A stretch of DNA of 36,671 nt from Perkinsus olseni. Lineage: Eukaryota. A program made the translations under genes and the position numbers. The notes beneath the pieces were generated by a model. The model was not told the DNA's origin. It made no database searches and saw nothing but the letters and a program-made list of their open reading frames with translations. Of the stretch, positions 11,201-21,704 are shown one piece after another. The DNA lies in the NCBI GenBank assembly GCA_013115125.1, contig JABANN010000347.1, positions 1 through 36,671 on the forward strand. The letters run 5' to 3'. Within the stretch, counting starts at the first letter, position 1. The number at the start of each line of letters is the position of its first letter.

Positions 11201-12537
11201 CGATGGTTAAGAGCCAATCGTTGTTAGTGGTCACGGCATCACGCATCTGAGAGATATCTTCAACCGCAAGGACCCGGCCAGCAGTTAAACCTTTAATCAA
11301 TGGACCTGGCTACGCTCTCAGCACTAGACTATGTTATGGCAACATTCGCTACGATACTCCCATACCAGCGCAAGAGGCATCCCTCTAGGACCCACTCCAA
11401 TATTACCTTATCAATATCCTCATGCAATGCAGTCACAGTGAGCTCACCAAGACGCCTCACAGGCTCTGTCGCCAGCACCATAGCCCCATTAGAGGGTTGG
11501 TTGTTATTGGTCGTCGAGCTCATCTCTCCGACTGGCGGTGGCGCTGAAGCGTACTGCAGTTTCTTAGGCCTCAAGTGGCAGTACACGTAGGGCCACGCGC
11601 CGCAATGCTGCAGATCGGCAAAGGAAAGCAGACAGACGTCAATCTGATAGAAAAACCGGAAATCCTACCGACCTTCCAAGATGATACTTCCTACAGTTCG
11701 ACTCACTCGAGCCACACTAAAACCATACTTTACTCCTACAACGCTCTCAAGTAAACGCCATGGTAAACCGACGGTTTCAGCGGGCTGTAAGGCACTTATC
11801 AGCCCAAGACTACTACCTGATCCACCAGCCGCCCACCAGTGGGCTGCTCAGCCACCAGCGCTGAGACCATCTCTGGATCCATCTCTTCCGTCCATCCACA
11901 ATCCAATAATACGTTACAGCTAGTACTGAACACAGAGATAACTATGCCGATCCGTAACAAGCGGACAAGATCCGGCCAATGACCGCCGAGGGGATGCTAA
12001 GCAAGCGTTGTCTCATTGTACCCCAGCATATAATCGTTCTGCTGGTCACAAAGTTCCACCCCACGAGGCGAAAAATCATAGAAGCATGAGTACATTGAAA
12101 CCCCTCATTTCACCCAATACAATCACCCCCTCGCCTGTCCGACAACCAAACGATAAGTTGTTCTACTATTAGCCTACTTAGTAGTAGGCCTCAGTATTAC
12201 GTGCGGCATTTCTCATCACAGGCTGCACGAGATGGAACGAGTTGATTTGAGAAATATCCAGTATCATAATTTAATCAAAAAAGTACACACCACGAATAGT
12301 GCATAGTGAAATTACGACAAGAGCCAAGTGAACAACAACCAACACCTCGTCGCTCCATTTCTGATCGACACTCTCTGCTGTTGAAACGACGGCACAGTCG
12401 AGCTCAACCCATCATTACCCTGTCATATCGTCCGTTAGCTTCAGTACTGCCATCTGGTACTGTGAGGTGTCCTTAGAAATCGGCAGCACTTCCACCGATA
12501 CCCCACCTTCAGGGTTGGTGGGGATGACTTGGGACAT
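5237..12537 (-). CDS. CPSF2: Cleavage and polyadenylation specificity factor subunit 2 (CPSF100), many short exons
   Basis: Spliced peptides in the expected order: MSQVIP...|TSCNVLLDCGW, IDVCLLSFADLQHCGAWPY (degenerate HxHxDH, so CPSF100 rather than CPSF73), PLPAGRMLGGAYWRI..VYAVDY..RHLNG, GTVLLPVD, MEWMS, PKVVLASSASLEIG, DEYG, LRPRHLVIL. The exons below ~6000 and the stop at 5237 are less certain. Confidence 0.88.
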
Positions 12538-12753
12538 TTCGGGCTCTCAAAACGACCAAGACGCCCCCTGCCACCACAGCTACATGACACGACTGCAACT
12601 CGATACCACACCAAGCAGGAAAGAACGGCAGCAGGCCACTAGCCAGAATGTGCAAAACAGCAATCATACAAGTACTGGTAGATAACTTGGTGAATCGGCC
12701 CGCGGACGGTACTCTCCTCAACGTTCCAGTCAACCTCATCGGCATACGCCCCA

Positions 12754-15700
12754 CTAAGCCACCGTCCACACCTCCGGGTCCCCTCCCGAAGGGCCACTGC
12801 TGGCTCCTAGAACTAGCAGCTGGCCCGCAGTATCGTACATACAATCGCGCAGAGTAAGATCAGCTACTCCCTCAATCCTGGACACCCCAGCCCACTTCCC
12901 AGCAGCGTCCCAAGACAGGACCTCTCCCTGCTGTGTAACCGCTCGTATTCCTCTGCCGACACCCTCGCAGGCGCCAACCAGACGACTGCTCATCGTCACC
13001 TTCGAAGGAACGGGGAGCCTGCCGATCCTCTTACCGGCGCTGTACCGATACACTCCGTCGGCATCCACAGCGACCTCAGTCGTTGAGCCGGCAGAACTGG
13101 CAGAGACCTCAACAACACGTCCACCTTGCGGAGAGGCAGTCCATCTATTACCATGACTGTCCGAGAACAGCAGACTATCATTGGGACCGAGGGTCAGGCT
13201 AACCGGGTTGAAAAGAGCTCCCTCGCCATCAAACTGAACCCGAACACCCAGGTTCAAATCCTGCAACCGACGTAATTTCTCGCTGTCCCGAGGCATGCCC
13301 GCATGAGCCAGTTCCTTATCCTCCTCAGACTCCCCTGGCTCCTCCTTAACTTCCAAGCCAAGCTTATTGTTCCATCCCCAAGTAGTAGTACCAGAGGCGA
13401 CGATGAACGCGTAAATTATTCCCCACAACCACAACAAGATGATAACACCCGCGCCAGCCTTGAAGCTCCTCCAAGGCAAAGTCATAGCCTTCGTGTTAGC
13501 CTCCGCAAAAGTCTCGTTATTATCCCCTTCCCCCGCCAGCAGGCCCATCGGACGACCGCTGGCAAGTTCATTTATGTCCTGCGTTAGGCCCCTGGGGAGC
13601 CTCGACCCTTCATCGTCACCATAGGTGATGCGCTGATGGGTCTGCTCAGTGTAGTGCAACGGCAAAGTCGTCTTCTGTCGAGATATCTTCGCGCTCTCGT
13701 CCGATACCTGCGACCCCTCACTGACGAAGGAGTCCAGATTGTGACGACTGGTCTTCTGCTTTCTGATGCTCTGAGCGTGCTTCACCATGGGAGCCTGGAA
13801 GACGACGACGTCCAATAATGGGACGAAAGTCCAATAACACAAACGCCGGATACATCCCTGACGCGGAGACTTTTGGAAATTTCTTAGTAACGCTTGACGA
13901 CTTCGCAGGACGCCGCTAGGGGATCAACCGGCAAGACATGGACTACAGTAGACTCGAAAGTGACTATTGGCCAGTACTACCATACCACAACTTTCGTAAC
14001 TCCTACCTGAGGAATGAGATCCGTCGCCGCCCTCTCTAACTTAGCAGCCGACTTTCTTCGAACCGCGTCCAGCTTAGATCCGACACTCTTCCGCCTCTCA
14101 TCAACATCACGGCCGCCCTCCTGTTCTTGCTGCTCCTGCTGCTGTTGGTCCTCCTTGTTGAGGCCGAGCACATCAATTTGAATGACGGTTGAGAACTTCG
14201 TCGGAAGCGATCCATCGGGCTCCACCGCTGAAAACAACAACGAAGTCATGAGTCCAAAACAAGCTTCGCTCCGCCTTTTTTGTTTCACTCACCCATCGAC
14301 ATAAGATATCCTATACACAGCATATGGATGATAAAGGAGACCGGCGATATGTAATTGATAGCCGTAAGATACGTCTCGTAGCTAGTATCCACCGGCTCCC
14401 CAGCAATAGTGGCCTCGTTGGCCCTGATCTGGCCCATGTTGTAACCAATGGTGAAGCTAGCACAGAGGCCTGCTAGGAAGGGACCTGCGATAAGGAAGAC
14501 TGATAAAGCGAACAGCCTGCCTCTCCGCTGAGGATAGTGACGTGCTCATGTGGCGACTACGAGAGTAAGTGCGTAGCAGCAGGAAGCACGCCACGCGAGA
14601 AGAGCGACAGGAAACTCATTACGGCGGCCGCACAACTGAACCGTCATATGTATGATCGTACTGCAATAATTTCGCAGATGATGACTGTAGAATGACGAGG
14701 GGAGTTTTACTATCGCACACTGGCTGAGCCTGCCGGCGTGGCATAAGGCCCGCCCAGAACTTACCAATGATTTGCAGTGCAGCCAGAGTCAGTTGCTCCC
14801 AGGGGTCCAGCAGAAGGTTCATCTTCTCGTGAGCCAAAGCGAAGGCCATAGGCAGGACGACGAAGACCCAAGTGCCCCAGAAGTGATACTGGACCATGTA
14901 GTAGGCCAGACCCATGTAACTGTTGATGAGCCGATCGAGATAGCCGATCAACAACCGGGGGAAAAGCCGCATAATTTCACCAGAAAAAAGGTATGCGTAC
15001 GAGTAATCACCTCAGAAGTGAGCGAACATACACGGCAAATTACGGAGAGTTTTCTCATCATTCTTGCCTATGCACAGCGAGCTACGCCGCTATTGCCGGC
15101 ACTCCCCTCAGATGCATCCTCCCGTCATTACCTAATAACGTGTAAGAACTGGTTAGCACCGAGAACCATACAGACTCGAGCGTAGGCATCAAAGCCGTTC
15201 CAATGCTCCTGTAGTTTGTTGTACAGATAGAAGTGCTCAACGAACAAGTTATACTCGGCCGCGCTGAAAGCATTAACGCCGTGAAAGTAGCATAGAATTA
15301 CCGCGCGCCGCATTACTCTGGATCCTCAGTGCTCAATTGAGCTGGGAACGTCTCCTTAGCCTCGACTCCCGTGGTGTACTTCTTCCCGGGGATGTAACTG
15401 AGCGGATCGCAATGCGCAGCGGAAAGATTTCTCGACTTGATAAAAATTAATGATTTTTCAGCGTAAACGTCTTCACCAGACCATGCTCAATATCGACCGG
15501 AGCAACAGAAAATATGCAAAAAAATATGCCGAAAATTTTTCAAGATGAGCTGCCCTACCCGACTTACTAACCAACCACAGGTATCCTAAACATCCTCATC
15601 ACACCGCTGGTCTCATAGTCCTGCAATCGTGCTGCTATGGGATTGATCTCATCCTCGCCGGGGATGGGAAGACGCATCCACTGCGTCAATACTCGGGCCT

Positions 15701-16479
15701 TGAAAGTCTGTCGACAACACACAGAGAATGGACAGCTTCTGCAGAGCATTAAAAAGGTCAATCCAGTAGCACATTGTAATCAGCGAAAGTGATGGATGAA
15801 TGACTAACAGTCGATCTGGTCACTTCAGTTTGGGGGTACTACGCCACCTGCTATGCTGTCGACGTTAATTGCAAAAGATGGTATGATAATTTTTAATCAC
15901 TAGTGACCGATTCTGCGGCGTTATGCGCACGGAGAAAATAAGTTTTCAATATAGTAAAAATCGTGTCTAGTAATTTTGGCCGGTCTGCTGCTGTCCTCAT
16001 CTTACCTGTGCGACAATAGAGGCATGAATGGCGAACCATACAGAGAGCAAGAGGAAGAATATGGCACATATTAGATGCATACCCCACAGCCATACCAACC
16101 ACGCCGGAGTACCATCTTCAGGTCTGAAGGAAAAGATACTTCATCTTGACCTAAAGATTCCCTCCCGCACTCACAGTCGACCTTCGTAGAAGAAGCCCAC
16201 GACGAAACCCAAGGTGAGAGTATTCACCACAATATACGTGTCCATCTTGCCGATAGTCAACTCGAAAAGATCTCTGACATCCTCTCGGTAAAGGTCGACC
16301 TAAGATACCATCCATACCCACCTCCACCGCCCTAGTCATCCTACCTGTTCAACCCGCATCTTCTGCGTGTGATATACCCTATCCTGATTGAGCTCATAGT
16401 CGAATTGATAGTTGGTACGGTTGTATTTGAATAGCTCCCATACACCACCTAGTAGTGCGCCAACTTCTAAGACTACCAT
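12754..16479 (-). CDS. Multipass membrane protein A of unknown family: Orai-like TM1/TM2, further TMs, C-terminal beta-rich domain
   Basis: Spliced: MVVLEVG..WELFKYNRTNYQFDYELNQDRVYHTQKMRVEQ|VDLYREDVRDLFELTIGKMDTYIVVNTLTLGFVVGFFYEGRL|PEDGTPAWLVWLWGMHLICAIFFLLLSVWFAIHASIVAQ|TFKARVLTQWMRLPIP..., then HWNGFDAYARVCMVLGANQ and more TMs. A long last exon ends at 12754. Clear paralog of the gene at 16940-21303. Confidence 0.8.
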
Positions 16480-16939
16480 TGCTGCCGACTAGGGATGAGG
16501 AATAGACAACAACAAAGCTAACCCTGAGGAGAACGTAAAGATCACCATCAACGATTCCCAGTCACGAAAACAAAAATCCACCGCCACGCACGATGACGAA
16601 GCTGTCAAAGCGACGCGTCATTTCGCATCGCTCCGCTCAGAGCAAATCTCGCTCGCCCGGAATCAGAACTACTTACAGGCGGTGATCGTTACCCGTCGTT
16701 GACTGTAACGCAAGGCGGTGGAGCAGTTCTTTCTGGTGGAAACCAGGCTATAGAGGAGGGCCGTGATGATGTTGTTGTTGATTGTAACGGAGCAGTATAA
16801 ACAAGAGCCATCATCACAACCACGATGACGACGATGACGATGAAAGACCAGAGGGCTTACTGACACGAGGCGCCCTGTAAATGGTATACTCCAGTGAAAC
16901 TGCGCAAGTGTATATGAAAAGATATTAGACGAGGTGAAA

Positions 16940-19900
16940 CTACTCTACTGAACTCAGTGTGTACAAAACAGGTATGAGAGACTCTCTCTCGTAGCCAATA
17001 AAAACCCCAGTCGCCCTAGCGGTCCAGACTATGTCGTAGACGTCGATCGGAGGATCGAGGGAAGGATGGTCATGCCGCCGTGTGCCGGACCTAATCGACC
17101 ACCAATGGCCGCTGCCACCGCCGGTCGGCATGGTCACCAGCAAGTCATCACCCTCAGCATGGAGAGAGCTCGCAGTGTCGTATCGGTGATCTCCGAAGGG
17201 CCGCCAAGACCCTCCTTCAAGCGACAGGGAGAAGTACAATCGACCGTCCGCTGAACCCATACCAACAAAACCGGTAGCAGATGCGGTGATCCGACTCAAC
17301 CCCATACTGAGGTGAATTGGAGGGGCAGCGGAGTCGCAGGGACGGAGCTGGCCAGTGGTAAGGGTGTGAAGAGTGCCGTTGAGAATTACAAGATCGTTGA
17401 TCACTTCCATACCATCCGTCCCACAATTCACCTCACGTGATACCACCCTTCCGTCTAGGGACAGCGCATGGACTGACAACAGCGTCGCGATATATACCGT
17501 GTCTCCGTCACGCGCCACAGAATTGGCTGCCTTCTCCAGTGTAACCAGAGAGGCCCCGCCTCGCGTTGCAAGGAGCCTATGATGATCATCGGTATGGTTA
17601 TCTATCGGCATAGAGAACAGGGGAGAGTCCAGCAGGCCATCGACGATGAGGTCAGGAGCCGCGGCATTGACGACCAGCACCACAACCGCCGCTACCCAGC
17701 ACAGAAGTGTCGTTATACTCAGTAGGCGAGTTAACTGAAGGGAACATCAGTCGCGGGGACCACGTAATATAGTCGCACAGCAACGAAGACTGTACCCACT
17801 TGCAATGGCACGTCGCCATTAGGGGAAGGAAGACTAATAGAGGGTCAGCCGCAACGCGTGAACTGCCAATTTCGAAGCGAGATTCGCGGAAATCGCACTG
17901 TGAAATACGAGGCGCGTCTTCCATCATTAGTGTTTCTCGCATCGCGAGTGAAACTCTAATATGCACCCAAACTACCCATCACGATGGAGGTCGGTCGATA
18001 CCTCATGACCTTCCAACGCTAAGTGTACAACTACTGGTTAAATCGATCAGCTACGCCATGCTTCCTTGGACTACTAGCCATCTGGCCCCGGCCCTCCAAC
18101 CCCGCGCAGAGACTCCTACCATGTAAGGCAGCCTGGCCCGTCTGATGGTGGTCCGCGGGTCGTTGAGCATGTCGAAGCCCTGGGCCTTATGAGCCTCCTT
18201 CAACGCTCTCGTCCTCGCCATCAACTCCGCCAACTGGTCCGGTAATAAGGATATACCACGACGCAAGCCCTGAACTCGGAACAATCTTCCGAGTGCGCAC
18301 AGAGAAAGATACCCTTACGAAAGTCTGTGATGTATCCCACTGTATCTCGCCTGTCTCCGTGTTGAGATGGTAGGGCAGCGTCTCTCCAGTCTCCGCCACG
18401 TGTTCCAATGTCACCCAGCCCCCCATCGGGTTGAAGGGAGTCCCCGGCGTCGCGTCACCTCGACCCTGTTCAGCCTCTAAGGCAGCCGCTAGGGCTACTC
18501 GCTGCACCTCGAACTGCGCGTTCAGCTCGTCCAACTTGTTGTTATCCTGAGGAGGGCCAATACAGGCGAACAGGCACCGGCATTCTTCGCCGTTCTCGAC
18601 TGCATCAACAGCGAATGGTCGGGCCCTAGGGAAGCACCCCGTCGCGGCAAGCCAAACAGGCGCGGTCCCTAGCTTGTAAGGAGAGCTACAGACAAAAACG
18701 AGCATGCACCCAGAATCACCGTCAAGAACGGTCTTTGATGAACTACACGAAGGAGTTGCCCAAAAGATAAGGTACCGACTAGACACCCGTTATCAAGAGT
18801 CTCCCAACCAACCTCGTTAGACAGATCATGTCGCTGAGCATCCCAATACCGGAAAAGTCGATCAAGACTTCTCTCGCATCGTCTGCAAGCCCTTCGCAGC
18901 TCCTCCGAGATATTGGGTTCCTGGCCCCTGTCGGCCACGAAGGGGAGTACATCATCGTAATCTCTCGCACTACGATAGTCATTCGACGGGCCGCCCAACG
19001 GAATGCTCGGCAGCTTCAGATGCCTGAGAAGTTAAGCACTTTCCCGAGGCGCGCGATTGTCGCTACCACCTTACGGGCCGACATAATAGGAATCACCGAG
19101 GAACTCCCGAGTACACGAAGATGATCGAGCGTCGTGATCTTACCCCTTCTCGCTGAGTTTTGGCTGAGCCATCGGCTCCGCCACTTCTTGAATAGCCTCC
19201 ACACCAAAACCGAGGACGTCAATGCACCACACTGTGGAGAACTTATACGGCAGACCATCGGCGTCTCGCTTGCACAGGTAACTGAGACAACAGAGAAGCA
19301 GTCCTCTACCACCGATGCTCCCAGCAGAGACAGTCCACAGGGCCAATACAGTCGGAACGATTAAGTGACGGCGCTGACCGCTCTGGCTCATGCCTCTAGT
19401 CTCACAGGAAAACGGTCACTGGACAGGAGCGAGTTACTCCCACCAACTAAGGCTAGCATAGCGCCGAATACAACTCAATATCGCCCAATACTCCGAGGTT
19501 ACACAGTCATCGCTCACGCTTGGTAGGGGTGGCAAGCCCGAGCGATTCAATGCAGCCACGTGAGTGAATTCCCAGGAAAAAGTCCTTGCCCGTCTTACAC
19601 GTAGAAAGCCTGCCAAAACATAGAGAGCATCACACCAGTAATGCCGATCCAGATTTCCGCTGGGGTGGTGATCAAAACAACAACTTCGCTCCGCTCACTA
19701 GTCGGTATGATACCAACATTAATATCATGCCAGCCAACAGCGATGCTCTGCGTCAAAACCGCTCCGAAAGAAAGGACCATCTGCCGACCAACAGCACATC
19801 AAACGACGGAGCAGCTATGTGAAGCCTTCTGCTATTACCATGACCATCCGCTCTCGGTTGGTGAGGACGGTGTTGACACCAATGTGGATGTAGGAACAGA

Positions 19901-21303
19901 CCGTCATGAGAAGGACAAAGGCGTAGGCAGCTATTCTGTTGCCGAAAAACGTGCCGTAGTAGATGAGGGAAAAGTAGGCGAAGGCGAATATCATTTGGTT
20001 GGTGCCTGAGGAGAACAGATACCATAACTTGCCGATATCGCGACGAGTAGACACATCGCAGCGCTGTCTTCCACCCGGTCGCATAAATACTCGGAGAGTT
20101 CTACCCGATATTACCCCAGCACATGGTGACTCTCGAGTATGCCTCATGTCCCTGCCATTTGGCATGCATCATGTTGAAGAGGTTGAAGTGGGCCAGGAAG
20201 ACCTCCCAGTCTGTTGTGAGGTCTCGAACGCCCTGAAATAATCGACTTCCCCAACATCAACACAGACCTCAGGCCTTCATCTCTATACTACGTTCGCCTC
20301 GATAAATACGGACTGGACAACTTTCTAAGTTACCCTTAAAATGGGTGAGATTCCGAGGCTTCCTCTACGCGCTCGAAAGCATTTGTAGTTGTTACCTTTT
20401 CAGGGGTCATGTTGGCCTGACTTGACGGCTTGGTTCTGAGCTTCTCCGGCAGGTCAGTGTGGGCGCGATCTCGAACTTGCTCCAAGATCACCGGTACCCG
20501 CAAAAATGACGTCACGCCATTACCTAATCGCGACTCCTATGACTTTCAGACAGAAAAGCGACAGGCCTACTCTCGAAATCCTTCAGCCGTGCAGCTCCGT
20601 CCGCCACTTCCTGTGCACTGGGTACGGGCAAACGGAGCCACTGTGTGAGAGAACGAACACAGAAGACCTGGGCGTACACTGATGCGTGCAAGGATAACCA
20701 TATGGAAAGAGCAAGATTGGCAATAGCAGCACCTACAAGGGAGAAGCATGCCCTTGGTAGTTGAGAAGGTGAAATGGCGTTACCCATGGTGATGGCATAG
20801 GGCCAGAAGAGCCAGTTGGGCGTGAGATCTGGCGCCCGGCCTTTGTAGAACATCTCCATGGTCAGTACCAATAGTATAGTGTTCATTATCTGAAAGACCA
20901 TATCGGGTCCTGTGATATCGCAGTGTTTGATAGAAAAGAGTTCGGGTGCTTAACAAGCTGCCTCCCCTGAGCTCCAAAAGCGCTCTCAGGATAACGAGTC
21001 TACTAAGCCTCATTATTGCATGTGCGTTTTCCATCACAGACTGGCCATGATAATAGTCATAACCGGAGACGAAGTGACGAAAAGATGGTATCGGCATCCC
21101 ATCGCTTCCCGTACTACCAGGTAGTTATCCATTTTTATTATAGTGAGTCCGAAGAGGTCCCGCAAGTCCTGTCGGTAGAGGTCAACTTGCCTAACCCTCA
21201 TCTTCTGTTGTTGGTAGATGTTCTTCTGTCGCAGCTCGGTGTTGAACTTCCAATTTTCTCTATTATACATGAACAGCTCTTTTGCCGCATTTCCGACGGG
21301 CAT
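16940..21303 (-). CDS. Multipass membrane protein B, paralog of A, with an internal WW-like segment and a C-terminal beta-rich domain
   Basis: MPVGNAAKELFMYNRENWKFNTELRQKNIYQQQKMRVRQVDLYRQDLRDLFGLTIIKMDNYL|IMNTILLVLTMEMFYKGRAPDLTPNWLFWPY...LSIWLSLHASVYAQVFCVRSLTQWLRLPVP, then WQGHEAYSRVTMCWG|TNQ. The last exon corresponds to ORF 16940-17683. Assignment of the downstream exons to the same gene is inferred from parallel architecture with A. Confidence 0.75.
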
Positions 21304-21704
21304 AATGATAAAAAACAAAAAGCTGCCGAATTGGTTGAGCGAAATTCGCCGTTCTTGATGGTACTGGAGGGATCCGTCAATGGGGAAAACTTCCGAAAAA
21401 TCTTGCTTCCTAGGATCCGCGTCACGGCAAGTGAAAATGCGCAGATCTGCATCGCTACGCTCCGCGCATGGTACATCTCGCTCGCCCAAGCGGGATAGAT
21501 ACCTGCACGCACGCACATGCACGCGTGACCTCCACGTCCGTTGCTTGTGACACTGAGCTGCATACATCGTGATGTTGCCTGAGCAATGCGATGACTCCGC
21601 GGGTCGCGGCCCTGTCTCGCTCAGTCTGTCGCTGCAATTACAGTTGCTCGAGCGACCATCGTCTACTTCGAGCGTTTTCTCAGGATCTTATTTTTATCCC
21701 ACTC
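21304..21704. promoter_or_regulatory. Divergent strand-switch region, putative bidirectional promoter
   Basis: About 400 bp between two divergent ATGs, with GCAC repeats near 21505-21525 and a pyrimidine-rich acceptor ttttctcag ending at 21683 just upstream of the BiP ATG. Confidence 0.5.

Noticed and set aside
15436-15544. AT-rich intronic segment with imperfect 12-13 bp inverted ends (MITE-like)
   Set aside because: The termini are low-complexity, there is no TSD, and there is no second copy in the window.
18075-18086. 12-nt match (TAGCCATCTGGC) to the recalled Perkinsus spliced-leader core, plus a weaker match near 31643-31660
   Set aside because: The first is antisense inside gene B, neither has the CTCAAG end or an SL-RNA donor GT, and both are compatible with chance.
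21532-21539. Near-match to the UPRE motif (CCACGTCA) upstream of BiP
   Set aside because: A 7/8 match to a short motif is not significant, and there is no evidence here for the cognate bZIP pathway.
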